64,000 nt of DNA from Podarcis tiliguerta. Its lineage: Eukaryota. Position 1 is the first letter of the stretch, and each line of letters begins with the position of its first letter. This document shows, one piece after another, positions 11,287 to 25,607 of this stretch. The stretch is from assembly GCA_965153285.1 (NCBI GenBank), contig OZ229114.1; one strand, given 5' to 3'. The position numbers and the translations under genes were made by a program. Under the pieces are notes generated by a model. The model was not told the DNA's origin and searched no databases. It saw only the letters and a program-made list of their open reading frames with translations.

Positions 11287-13169
11287 TTGTTGTCGTTGTT
11301 GTTGTTAACAGGATCCCAAATCAGTTTTAAATGCTCAGTTTGCCAACATTGCATAATGAAAAATTAGTAATGGTCAAAGGTTTAAACGATTTTACACAGA
11401 TTTTCCTGTTTCCCAAAATACTCTGCTTAATTATCCAGAAAAACAAACCATGCAAACCCCTTCCCAAAAAGCAATCCAAGTACATAAGGTTTTATTAAAG
11501 TCCATGTACCGTATGTGGGAAATATCCCAATACTGCATTAAATGAATAAGGAAAACAAGACTGTTATGGTCATGATATCACAATTAGCAAACCCTTCCAA
11601 AATGCAGTATGGTTTGACAAACCAAACCATATAGAACAAAGTAGTACTGGGTATATCATAAGACAAATGCATCTCAGGTCATCACATGGAAACAAAATAA
11701 TCTGATTATTCATTAATAATTGGGCAATCCTTGGCTCCTTCAGGAGGAAGGCTGGAATATAAATCAAGTAACAAATAAAGAGGCTGTATTCACACTGAGC
11801 AGGCACACAGGGCACTTTGGCACAGTCTTGCACACTAGAGTGAGATGTACTCCCTTTCTATTTAAATGATAGTAATTATTTATAAATGTTAAACTGTACA
11901 TATAAATTAATGTGCGCAAATTTATGAAAAGCTATGACCCCTTTCAGCCTATTTCTGTGTGATACGGTTCTCTTTTTCTTGGGGGAGATGCTTAAGCGGT
12001 CACCCTAGCATCCCTAGAAGTCGGGTGGGGGTGCTCACATAATTTGTGTTCACAAATGGCAAAAGAAATTTGGATTGCCTTCTGTTACTCAGGAAAAGTC
12101 AGTCTGTCAGAACTGAAACCTCTGATAAGGACTCGTAATTTCTAATGCCTTTACTGCTAATAAAAGCTCACATTGCTAAAAATGGATATGATACTACACT
12201 CCCAAATTGATGGAAATATATAGAATGCCTTCTCCTACTTTGGCTTACACATAGCTAGGAACCCACTGTGGAGTGATCACTGCTCCAGGTTATAAAGAGA
12301 GTTAGAGTAAGGACAGAAGATGAAAGCAGTCCAAATTTAGAGCCTTCCCAGGGATGGCAAATCCTCATTAAATGCACTTGCGAGTCGCATGTTCTCAGAG
12401 AGGGGATTGAAAGGTACAGTCCGAGAACTTTCCCCAGCAGTACGCTGTTATAAATTTGGATACCAAATCCAAATTTATAACAGTGGGCTGGCATAACACA
12501 CAGATGAATCCGATTTCTTCCTACTCCTTTCTGCAGGCTAGAATTGGATTTTAATAGCCGTGCCCCACATTCAATTCACACAGAGTACAGAGGAGCAATA
12601 GCTTTATAATCAGAGCAGAGAAGCAGCAGCAATTTCTAAGTGTGTGTCCCATTTAAGGGACTTTAGGGCTGGCTGGTGTTACTCTCAAAACAATTAGCTT
12701 TTCAGCAGTCTTATGCAGTTTGGGAGGTCCTCCCCCACTCTTCCTAAACAGAAAACACTGGTCACTTCCTCCAGCAGAGCTCCCCCCCCCCCCCCGCCCT
12801 GCAGAAAAGCTCAGCACTTTCCCCCTCTGGCATTTGAAGCTGTCAGGATTTGTTAATAAGTATGGATGACAACTCAGCCACTTGCACTACAAAACAGTGC
12901 ATCCATCTTCTTTTCTCTCTCTTGCCTTTTTGGTATCCATCCAAGATAATCAGCACTAATAACTTAGGCCATTTTAAATGTTGTTTCGGTGTTAACTTGG
13001 CCATGCATTGTTTACACAATGTAATATATAATGTCTGAAAGCCCAGTCAATTAGCAAATAACTATTAAAAAACTTGTGGGCAGGCTTTGACCATCTGCAT
13101 GAATGTGTCACAGGGACAGAACACTGAAGTCATGAAATGCGATCCTAGAAGACAGTGGGAAAAGTAATA

Positions 13170-13405
13170 CCGTGGTACCTCTGGTTACAAACTTAATTCG
13201 TTCCGGAGGTCTGTTCTTAACCTGAAACTGTTCTTAACCTGAGCTACCACTTTAGCTAATGGGGCCTCCCGCTGCGCCGCCACCGCATGATTTCTGTTCT
13301 CATCCTGGGGCAAAGTTCTTAACCCGAGGCACTACTTCCAGGTTAGCGGAGTCTGCAACCCAAAGTGTTAGTAACCCAAGGTGTTTGTAACCCGAGGTAC
13401 CACTG
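13170..13405. mobile_element. Tc1/mariner (Tigger/pogo-like) non-autonomous MITE
   Basis: TIRs ccgtggtacctctggttacaaac / gtttgtaacccgaggtaccactg, TA on the left and TG on the right. Co-linear with the copy at 63239-63464. Confidence 0.85.
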
Positions 13406-16400
13406 TGATTCCATGCGTGGTTCCAGTTCTATTAGGTATCTTGCTTATGAAGAACTTGATGTTAATACTTTTTGTAGCAACTCCTAGTAAGAGCAATATG
13501 GAACTGAATTGTATACCTGATCAATAACCAACTGAACTGGTTTTCACATTTAGGTAGCATGCAATAGTTTCTAATGGTGCTATGCACACTCCAGGGCACA
13601 GCTGTAGAAACAGAGATGGCAATGGCAGCTTGGGTTTCATGGACAAGAAAAATGTGAAGTGTGATAGGAGATCCCACAAGACTTTATTTGATGAAAGAAG
13701 CAAAAGATTATATGTGAGCCATATTTGCAATACTTTCTGAACAAAGCATCATTTCAAGTGCAAACTTACACTTCATAAAGGAACATATTCTAATCACAGT
13801 TCTCTTTTCTTTTCTTTTTTGCCTATAATAAGGTTGAAAATAACTAAGGTGGTTTGTCAGGTACCTTTTGTGTGTTCACTTCCCTCCCACTTGTCTTAGG
13901 ATGAGTTTGAATACCATCTTGTCATGATTCATTTGAGGTGATCCTACTTCTGATGATGGAGCACTCATTCACTAGAGTGCTCTTCAAAATCACTCCTGAG
14001 ATGAAAATCACAACTTAGCCTTGGTGTCTACAGATGCCTGAGTTATGGTAATGCTGCTATGCCTTTGGAATTATCTGCACAGGGGTTGATTTGTGAATAC
14101 GCATAAGGGTAAGTCTTGTGTGGCATGGCTTGGCATCCCAGAAACAGTTGCAGAAAAAATATATAATATTAGAAGCTGCTCCCAGATGAACCCTCACAAA
14201 CCCCCACTGCTTGGGATGGGAGGAGGGGAATCCATTTGGGTCACATTATAACCTGAACCTACCAAATTTGCACAGCCTAAAATAGTATATGATCTAAGAT
14301 GTAACCTTTGAAAATCACCCTTTTCTGAATTTTCCAATGCAGTTCTCCAATCAAAAGAAACGTGGGCAAAAGTTAATATATTATGGGAAAGAATACATAG
14401 CAATGGCTATATTTATGAAAATAGCATGCAAAAATGCACATTAGATAAAAGCTGCTTGCAAAAATTTGTACAGTAGGCAAAACTACATACAAAAAAAATT
14501 ATTAAGAAAAATTCACATTAAGATGCTGACAATATTTGTGAGGACATTTTTAAAAAATGCAAACTGCTGCAATGAAATGACCAAAATGAAACAGCCAAGT
14601 TGACAGACCCACCCATCCTTACCCATTGCAGGCATTTTGTAATACAATACCATACCAGATCAACAGGAACCTCATATTATCTTTCATACTGAGAACAAGG
14701 AGAGTCCAATGAGAAGACAGCAACCCCATATGACATGAGTAAATGACTGAACAATTTAGTTTTTAACATCTTGCCAACACCAACAGAAGGAACCAACAAG
14801 GCAGATAAATCACACACCCCCATCCCAATGCTGCTATAGCAGGTGACTTTTACTCAAGATAGACAAGTTAGATCCAGTAGGGTAAGTACAGCTGCATTTG
14901 TCATTCCTGTACAAACATGGGGTTCAGCCAAATTTATTCCACTCTACACAACTGTGCAGTAGCAATCATTATGTCAACACGTATTTCCCACAAGATTTAA
15001 AGAAGCTCTTCAGTGCATTTTTAAAACAGGCTATCTCCATCGTATGAGTGGTTGGTGTCAGTTTTCATCTTTTTGACTATCTCAACTGTACCTTTCATGT
15101 CAAACAGAAGGAGTCAAGACAGACAAGGGTCTACAATCAATTGTTACAAAAGAAAGCACAGTTCAGTTCATTTAATTAATTTCAATACAATACAGCTTGG
15201 AGGGTGGGTGTGTCATTCTACTGCAGTTCCCCCACACCCAGGTCTAACAGTTAATCAAGAGTGAAAGCAGTTACACATCATTCTTGCTTGATGAAGCTAA
15301 TATCAGTACGTACTCTCTAGGCAGGCATCCAGACTCATTACCAAGAATGTATATCACACTATCAAAAACTATACAAGAATAGGTAGCATGTCTCGCAGGA
15401 CTTTTCTTCTCCTGAATAGACAAAAGAAATTCCACCATTATATTATTAGAACCGCTTCCCTAGAAAAGACACTGTGAGGCACTTAAGGATAGCTCTGGAA
15501 AGCAGCAAAGTCAAACAGTTGAAGGCCCCAGGAACAGGAAAGGGCTTACAACAACAGAAGCAGACTCACTGAATCAAATACTTAAGATGGCAGCCTGAGA
15601 GAACTTTTGGAGAAAAACACAGAAAGGGGTCTGTGATCATTCAAGTCTGCCTTCACAAATGAGCACTGGTTAAAGCCCATGAGTTTTGGTCCTGTTCACC
15701 TCCTCCTACTTCCTCCTCCTCCAGTATAAGAAAGTCAACAAAGCATTCTTCACCAGACGCTTTGTTTCAGTTCTGGATGGAGAAAGAGAAGAGACAGAGG
15801 TGCCTCTTATGGATCAATAGCTGGTTAAATCAGAGCAAGCAGAAGGTAGAAGTAATTCACTGGCCTCAGCAGGGAAGGGTGTGCCAACCTGTTGGGATAA
15901 CTCTGTCATTTCTCTGCAGTTCTGAACTCCTTGCCTTAATTTTGGGACTTCTTAACCTTGGACCAATTTCTAGCCTCAGTTTTCCTGTCATTTAGCCCAA
16001 GAGCTGCTGGGACTCATTACCTGTTGCTGATCCTGTATCTCTTTTCTGCCTGAAGACAGATTTCTTCCTTACTGTCAAAGAAGAGCCCCTGTCATTGTGG
16101 GCTGGACAGGAGCCAGGACATAACTAGATGTGTGGTTGCATTCAACCTGACATGCCTACTGATTTTTTTAAATAGCAGCCAGACATGGAAGAGTGATCAG
16201 GATTGGGACCATGACGCACAATCCACTTAGGCTTGCAATTCCTCCTGCCCATGATAAGTACCAACCAGTATACCAATCTGCACCTTATTATCTATGGAGA
16301 ACAAGAGCTGTCTTAAGTATTCAAGTGAATCAAAACATAATAAATAAATAAAATAAACCTATTTGAAATAGAAATGCTGCTGTCAATCTCAAAATTTAAT

Positions 16401-19400
16401 TTGTTTTCCAGAGACCTCAGGTACTTCTGCTGGGAACCAAGGTCCTTTCTGAGTTCACCAAATGCCTCAATTACTATTAAAAAATAATATTATCTACACC
16501 TTTGGGGGGAAAACCATGCTGATTCACACTGGAACAAGAAAAGAAGAAAAATAATGTAGAAGGCACCAGATGAAGAGAAAAGAAGCATGGAACCTCAAAA
16601 TTTTGGTATCTTCAACATAAAGCCTTCATATAAAGTCATTTTACGGTCCTCATATTCTCATATTCCTGATTTGAGACTCTCTTCTTTTTTGAGGCCCTCT
16701 GCAATCTAATTGCAGACTGCAGCAAATACAGGTAACTCAGCATCCATCATCCTGCTAATGTTGAATTCACTTGCAGGCCATGACCCTGTAGAATGTGCTA
16801 ATGTCAGCACATTGCACACAGACCCCTAATTAGGCTATATTTGGTTCAGAGACACAGAAGTAACTAACCTTAACTGTGATATTCTCACCGTCTATGACAT
16901 TAGAAACAAGAAAAGCTAACATTTTAAAGTCTATCACGAGAGTACTTTAGCTACCGTAGGTAAATTTATACACTGAATAACTTTTATTATAACATCTACT
17001 TCTGTACAGGAAAAAATATTAAAGTCGCACATAAGATTGTCACACGTCTGTTTTTCTACATATGCTTAGTTCTTGCCTCCCAGTGCTTCTCAGCTGCAGT
17101 TATGGTCAGACACAGCAAATCCAAAGAAGATTTCATGCCTCTTCCTACACAGAACTGTTTTCCATGTTGGAAGCAGTTCAATATGAAGCACCTCTTTGCT
17201 TGACTGGTTTGTAACTGAGCTCTTATACAAGGGACAATTGCACATTCTTCACAAATGTGTGTAACTGAGTCCTGTTGCTGTGCTTTGTTTTTAAAGGAGA
17301 AGCTACCTTGGGAGGGAAGAACGTAGAGCAGAGTAACAGAAGAAATAGAAATCCTATCTGCTGTTTCTCTATTTGAAATCACCCTATGTGTTTTTTTTTC
17401 TTGCTGGGTTTCTTTCTTTTTTAAGTGTTTGCTAGCAATTTCCTTCACACCAACCACATTGCCAGTAGTCAACACAACATTATGCCACAAATAAGGAATG
17501 GTTGTGAATTTTGGAAGCTGAGGGAAACAAATGCCCATAATTGAGAATAGGCACACTAATTATGAGTCAAACCAAATTCCTAGATCCCTACTGCTGGTTT
17601 TTTTTCACAAAAGGTAAGGAAAAAATGGCAGGAGGGAAGGGGGGAGGTGGTGGAACGTTCGCAAATAGGCTCAGCCTTTCCGAGTGTTGAGAGACTTCTC
17701 AGTAAAAGGTTAGAAAAACGGGGCCTTTCCAAATCATAACTGGTATCGTTCACCCATTTCTAACACGTAAAACATTTTACAAATATCACATGAAAAACTG
17801 GCTGTCTACATCTGCCCTCATTGGGAGCAGATTCAGAATGGTTAAATTAATGTAACTATGTGAAAGTGGCCTAAGAAACTACACTATGGTGAATAAGGCC
17901 ACACATCAAGCACATTGCAGATACTGTTTCACATTAGACCATTAGACAAATGGGTCTTTATATTACATACCATCATTGTTTTTTTAATTGTTGATACCTA
18001 ATTACTACCTTCTGGCTTCATTGCCTTCATTCATCACTCAAAATTAGAGTAATTCTATTGAGAGAAAGATCACAAGCGAGGTCAGAGTCAGGTTGTAATC
18101 TTGCTGCCAGTCTGATCCTAATTTAGATCACCTTTTCATCTTAGCCTTTTAGTCATAATACCACCAACTGGGATTCTCTAGTTTACTCCCACTTGTGCAT
18201 TTGAATGCTGTGTACAATCTGCCTACTTGCCAACATGACAAGCAGGAGCTGATATTAATGTGGATTGTCTTCTGAGTTTGTGACATATAAATTGCCCCTT
18301 TTACAAGTACAGACAAGCCTAGATATCTGTAGAACACTCTGAAATATTGGAGCAGTAATGTTTTACCATTGTTTATCCAAATCAGGTGCTATAATAAAGA
18401 ATCTCTTGCATTTTAATGACTGAATTGGTCAAGTGGTCTATGGAAGCCAGAAATATTTGCCTCCCTAAGGTATTTCCTTTAGAACACATATTTCCCAAAG
18501 AAATCGGGGCTATTCCTCCTATCATGTTTCATAATGTATAAAAGCAAAACATTTCCCCTGAAAACTCCAAAATAAAAGGCTTTAATTTATTTTGCTTACA
18601 AATGTGTATTTATCACAGTGTTTATGGTCACACAGATACTTGTCTCAGGGGATATGGATTAGCCACAGTTTCCTCCCCTGGCCCTGTACCCTTCTTCTCT
18701 TCACCATTAAAGAAAAAAAGGCATCTCCTTCTGCACAACATTAAATGGCCTTCAGAGATTCCTCCAAGAGCACTCTGCACAGTTGTAGGGAATCACCTTG
18801 GCATAGAGAGGAACCCCCCCCCAAAAAAAAATATATCCTCAAGCATCACTAAGAGAGTCATCAGCACTTATTGAATACAGTAGTACACAGTGCAGTGTTT
18901 TATTCTACTGGTAAGTGGGCAATCTGGTCCAGAGGCTATCCAGCAACAGCTACATCAGACACCATTCCACAGGAGGCCAACCATATCACAGCATGGGGTA
19001 ATCACAGACAATGACCGCAGAGCTTTAGGCTGAAGGGAGGTGGCCATGTATAGAATAAAGTTGCATCCTCATCAACTTCCTCACCAAGTTTCTCTACATC
19101 CCCCCAACAAAGCTTAAATGAGCTCTGGTGGAATACTTTCCTCATGAATTGAATCTAATTATGTCTTCTAATGCAGCCATTAGAGGTGAGAATAATATAT
19201 ATTGATGATGTCACTGTCTAATACTGTTCATAAATACTGCTACCAAGATATTAAGTCATTCTCAGCGGTGCCAGACAGTCTGCCCTCTGAAGAATTTATT
19301 GATAGAGAACCACAGAAAGGTAAGCTGCTTCTGATAACAGTATATTCAGAGTTCAAAACGACTTGTGAATTGAATAAATCAATAGCATGGAAGGCTCTAA

Positions 19401-21036
19401 ATTAAAATCTTTGGGAAAGAGGCTTGCAAAGTCGACTTACCAATTTCATAGCCAACTGGAAACCAGATGTGTTTCTGATACAGAGACCAGCTGAGTCTGA
19501 GGCCAGTTTAAAACATTACTTTTAATTATAGATGGGAAAGTGGATATCCTGCATTTAATCCTGATTAGTAATCTTTTTTTTTTTAGCATCCTTCATAAAC
19601 ACTAAATAATGAAACTCGTGCAATCTTTTCATGAACCTGCTGTTCCCAATACATATCCCCACTTGCCTCCAATTATAGTCAATGTGTAGATCATCAAAAA
19701 AGCCTGTGAGATAAAGAACAATGGCCACACATCTAAAACAGCAGCAACTCCCCAGCGACATATCAATGTTCTGTGCACCGTGGAACAGACTTTTCATATT
19801 ATCACTCAGGGAAAATTAACCTACCAGAGAATACAATGGGGGGGAGGGAATACCAAACTTTAGCATTAAATGGGAAGTCTTAGAATCATTGGAAAGAGAA
19901 ATATAATGTCATGCGTTAAACAATAAATCACTCACTTGAAAGGAGTCATAAGGCTTTTCATATTTTTTTTAAGAGTGGGGTACTATCCATTCTCTTATAC
20001 ATTTACTTCCCCTTCCTCACATGGCTCCCTTCCAAGTGTGCAAGGATAGACTGTACCACTGGATTGTATATCTAGAGCTAAATTCATGCTAGCCCTGTTC
20101 CAGTGGTAGCAGCCCATAAAATGGCCCAATTGCATTAGATGACCATTGCTGAAGCCAAGTAGGTTAGGGCGTGAGCCAATAATTGAACGGAAGACTGCCT
20201 CAGAGCTCCATGTGCACTTCTCTGATCTCTGCAGAGGAAAAGAAAAACATGAACGGGATAAACAGCGCATCAAAACAGTGCAACTGTCCTTGCTGCAAGG
20301 GCTAGTCCTGTTCATGTCCAAAAAAAAAGTCAGGAGAAATGTTTGATGCAATGCTGGAGAGAAGGAGCAGCACAAAGGCTGCAGGAAGGTTGCTGTGTTT
20401 GTACTTCATGTGCTTTATTTTTAAAGAGCTACATAATCACAACTGCGCTTGAATGGTCCAGAGAGGGAGCCCTGCAGGAATCTGGCTTCACTAAAAGATT
20501 AATACTGATTTTAGTTTAGTGTATCTCAAGTTTTAAAATAGTATCCCACAGAAACATCTGGTAAGTATGATGCAAAAGCCAAAACAGGTCACAGGCGTAA
20601 GGGGCCTCCTGAATTAATTAAAGAGCAAGCAAACAAAAACAAACCACTGTCTCCCAAAGGATATGTTGCAAAAGCTTCATCTTCTTTTTCTGGATCACCA
20701 TGCCCAATACAGTTTGGAGACTAACAATTAAAGAATGAAGGGGTCAGGGAACTGTGATGTATGCTACAGTAAAAGAAAATTCAGATTGTGTGTCTGCTTA
20801 CAGCAAATTGGAGAGCTATGTGAGTTATGATTCCTGATCAAGTTTACATACCTGATCATGCCAACATTCCTAAATATGAAAATATTCTAAAGTCTTAAAT
20901 AGTCACTGGATGCTGTCTTGCTATATTGTCCTAAAGAAATGTCTGCCATCAAGAGTTACACAAAGAGGACTTACACCATGACCACTTCCTTTGCAGCTTA
21001 GTGGAAAGGTAAATCTTACTGAAATATTGCCTCCTG

Positions 21037-21291
21037 GTTAGCATCTATCTGTCTTGAGAGACAATGGAAGAGTCCAACTTGGGGGATTAAGTCAAACCAT
21101 TGGAGAGTTACAGCACCTGCTGTGGCTGTAGAGACTGATATGGAAGAGACATGTTTTGTTGCAGCTGGGGCAGACAAAGGTGTCTAGTCGTGCTGATGCA
21201 GGTGTACCATGGCGTTTCTTCTTTCTGTGCTCCTCCCAGCAATCATTCCTTCTTGGTCACTGCAGTGGTTACACAGCCTGACTGATTGTCT
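21037..21291 (-). mobile_element. RTE-clade LINE 3' end fragment
   Basis: Reverse complement aligns with 44105-44360 (e.g. ccatggt.cacctg, tatcagtctctacagccacagcag). Confidence 0.8.
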
Positions 21292-24200
21292 ATATTGTCT
21301 CCTATGAATAGCAACATATGTTGCAAATGGGTCTTCAGAATGCACCCCCCACTGCCACCGCCACCAATTAAACAAGAATGGCTACAATCATAATACACAG
21401 AGGCAAACATTTGGATTTAGTCACACTAAAATCATGTTTCAGTCCACCACCTTGATTCAAATGGTGCCCGTCATCCAAACTTTGATATAAACACCCATTC
21501 CCATCACAGGAACCCTTGTGCCAAGTTTGGCAACATTTCTCGAGAGGTGGCTGAACCTTTGTCAAAATTCCACAGGCCTAGGCCCTGGTTCACATGTCAT
21601 ATAACTCATAGTGTAAAACAAGCTATGACGTAATATGAGGGAGCAGCAAACTCAAGAACACCACTCAAAGGTTTTTGCTTCTGCTACTGCCATAATAAAC
21701 CAGAGTGTGGCTTGTTGTGTCATCTGAACCCAAGCTTGTGATTTGCTTCCTTCAAACATGACCTCAACTCTCCCAGGTGTAAAGCCAACCACATATACAG
21801 TGAATCAGTGTGGATATGTTAAGAGTCTGGTCCAGTACAATTTCCAAGTCTAAGAAAAATTGAGCACTGTAGAAGCCAGCTTAGCCTGTACCTACTGGTA
21901 AAATATCACATTCTCCATCAATCAAAGTTTTTAATAGCCTTACTTCAAAATTCTAAAGTGTAATTTCTTTCTTATTCCACTAATAAAACAAGATTTTTTT
22001 CCCACTATAAAGGATAATGAACTGCCCACACTTGTCAACCTTAAAGCTTACAGGAATAAAATAAGGTTTAATTTGAAGAAGATTCTTATAGCCTGAGAAC
22101 TTATCAATTTTTGTCTCACACATGCTGCAAATTTTGTTCATCTCATGGAGGCTATCAGCCAAGCCACATTAATTTCTTCAAAGAACAACAGATGGGACTA
22201 AAAAAATAAATAAATTGTTAGTTATATACTTGATACACTATAATTCACATTACATTCACAAGATATTGTAAGACAGAATGTTCCGTTCCTTTTATCTGAC
22301 ATCCCCACTGCAGCACCCAACTCAATTTTCTACGTTGTTTTCTCTACTTGAGTTATTGGATAAAGCTGGCTGACAGAGCAAAGGTCAAAAGATCTAACAG
22401 TCCAGCCACATTCCAGATGGTTGCTAAGAAGTCTGCTTAACATGGATTCCAGTTTTTCTTCTTTCATGAAGTACAGCTGATCCAGTTCAAAGTCAATTTT
22501 TTACAAAGTAACTCTAGACTGAAGTTAAGAGTTTAAGAAATCCCAGATCCTAAAGTGAAGATGATGCGGGCTTCCAAGCGTGTTTATACTACCGAGAAAT
22601 GCCCTCATTGTTATTTACTGAAAGCCTTTTTGTCTCCCTCTTCAGAAGACAAAAAATCCAGAGTGGCTTACATACAACTGATAAGAACAACATTAAAATA
22701 GCAGAAACGGCATATGGCATATATAAAGAAGTAGTGATGCTGACACTTAATCTCACTAGTGCCTTCCAGGGCCAATCCAAAACATTTTGCTGCCTGAGGC
22801 AAAAGACAAAATGGCACCCTCCTAGTCCATCTACAGAAGCTGGCTGGACTGGAAGTTGAATCTTTACTTTGTAATTGGTGACATGATAGTCACTGCACTG
22901 AGGGTAGGAGGCTAGCTTAGAGGGCACAGGGCATGACATGCATAACTCTGCCTCCAACAGAACGGAGCGGAGTAACCAAAGACAGGTGACTACCATTGTC
23001 CTGGCATCCACTGACTGAGGTGTCCCAGCTGGTGAAGCAGCCGTAAGTGAAAATTGTGATTATGGCAGTTTGGCTTCCTGGCTGCTGTTGCTTTGCTTAT
23101 TCATGGGGCAGCCAGTTCTTAATGGCCTCCAAGAGGAGAAGAACTAAATTAATAATGGAGGTACATTTGAAAAGAAAAGGCTACACAACTCAGAAGGTGA
23201 TAGACAATAAGTTTGTCCTACCATTCTGTATTTTGTCATTAATTTATGTTCATTTCCAAACAAAAGGCAATTACGGTAATTAACCTGCAAAGAAGACATA
23301 CTTTAGTCTTCAAGAAGGTCTTCCACAGCTTCTCATAGTTGTTATTTAAAGGTACTAATTTGATTGTGACCATTTAATGGCTTGTGATCAGATTGGACTG
23401 TTTTTGTTTCACAAAGAAGACTGTTGGAAGATTCCACTGTTTGAAGCAGGAGCCCCAGAGCTGGGAAACTGGACAAGTGAGAGATAGTGTCAATTGTGAT
23501 TTCTCAGGCTACAGAGTCTTCATCATGTGCAGAATGGGGAATGAGTGTGTAATGTTAACCCTTTTGACTGGCAGGAACTATGAAGCTGCTGGATTGGCAG
23601 ACGTGGAAAAAATACTCCAAGTCTAGACTTCTGCTTTGTCAGGGCAATAGAACCATTGATTTGTCAGAAGCTCCTCCAACTCAGGCTACTGATCTTAGGG
23701 ACTCTGAACTAGAGAGCACATCTCCTAGATATATACTGAAGAAGAGCCACATCCTTTGGACATATCCAGAAATGCAAATAAGATAAACATTAATATTTTG
23801 CAGACAATCTAATAAATGAAGTTTGTATATAGCAATGCTTAAGAGTTTAGTATTTTGAAAATAAACATGCACATTTTGAATAATACTCCCCAAGTAGGAA
23901 GTAGTCATCGTTATTATGCAACCTCAAAAACTGCTACTTTAAAACAAAGTTGTTAACTACCCCCTCTTTAAGTATAGCTTGTGGTCAATAGCTGAATGAC
24001 TGAGATTCTTTGCATATCATCATGAAGAGTTCACTTCCTTAAGGATAAGCACCACTATTTCTAGCTAGCTAGTTCTTTATCAGCATTCAGCAAGAGCTAG
24101 AAATAGCCGTAGTGTCTCTGATCATAGAGCACTGGCATAAAAACACAATGGATGCAGACCGCTTTCAACTGGTACAGAATAGTTCAGGGCTACTTCTAGG

Positions 24201-25577
24201 CTCAGGGGTTATAATAATACTGGAATGTTATTGTTGGGAGTCTCAAGAGGATTTGCTGATTTATTTATCTTTAACACAGAGGAGAAAGACATACTGTCAC
24301 TTCTAGAAAGCCATTAGACTCGATCTCAACTACTGTATTGATGAAGTAGGCAGATGGGGGGGGGGGGAGCACTGCAATAAAGTAAACAACAGAAAAGAAA
24401 TTGCAGAAAAGAAAGCATTGTAAATAAATGACATTTTAAAAACTACGAAGATTCTCTCCAAGCCTCCGCGAATAAAACGTTATTTACCCACCCCACACAC
24501 TGTATTTTGTTCATCTCATTTTGAGACCTTCGGTCAAGTCACATAATTTTCTTCAAAGAACAGTCTCAGCAAATGATATAATTTTAAATTAATACTTTAA
24601 AAGATAGCAAGATTGATTTTTACAGCCTGGATGCTATTACACCTCTGACGATCTCAGCACACCTGAGAACAGGTTTGAGAGTTTTGCTGACACAAACCTC
24701 TGCTACAGCTCACAGTTAGTGAGAAGAAAGCTTAACCACAAGCTCCAATTCAGAAAGCATGCTAAGTCAAACCTTGACTTAATTCAGAATAGTGCAGGGG
24801 TAAAAAGAAAGCCAAGCAAAGAGCAGAGTGGCTGCAAACTCTTCTTTGGGAGCAACAGAATATGCTCATGTAAAAATAAATAAATGCATCTTTCCCCAAA
24901 CGAAAAACTGCAGAGCAGTTTCCTGTATAAATTTGGAGATGGGGAAATAGTTTGGAATACATCACTTATCACACAATAAATGTATCTGTCCTGTTGAAAT
25001 TTCAGCATGTGTTGAAAATCCTTAACGCTGAACGTGTTACATAGAAGTACATCCTACTGATTTTTAGAGAGACTTGGCTTTGTTCTAACTAATGTGTTTA
25101 GGATCAGAGTGTCAGTCTGATTAATTCTGACAAGTGTAGCGTCAATCTCATGTCTGGCAAACTATCAGAGCAGTCTGTCAGTAGTGGAACAGCTTTCTAA
25201 TCAAATACTCAGTTTAGGTGAATGCTTCACTCATAGCGGTATCAACCTGTAGTTTTTTTAAAAAATAAAAAGCTACAAGCACAACATTCATTTGGCAAAA
25301 GTAACATCATCTATTCTTACACATTATAATGCAGAGCCACATCTAAATTTCTTTTACCCTTGGAGAGGTTATTCACCCTTCTCCATGTGACTGCTTGGGC
25401 TGCTCGTATTGCAAATTATTAATCTGTCAGCAGCTTTTAAACATCTTCATTAATAGCCATCCATAGCAAAACAAGTTATCCACCAAGTTGGAAAGATAAT
25501 ATATTCTATTAAACTACATCAGGGGCGGTCAGTGATGCCAGCAGGTATGAAATCCTGTAACAGGAACTCTAAAAGAA

Positions 25578-25607
25578 ATACATACATACATACATACATA
25601 CATACAT
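25578..25607. repeat. (ATAC)n microsatellite
   Basis: read directly. Confidence 0.9.

Noticed and set aside
15690-16120. Possible solo LTR (similar impression at about 32160-32560)
   Set aside because: LTR-like composition only; termini and TSD could not be defined
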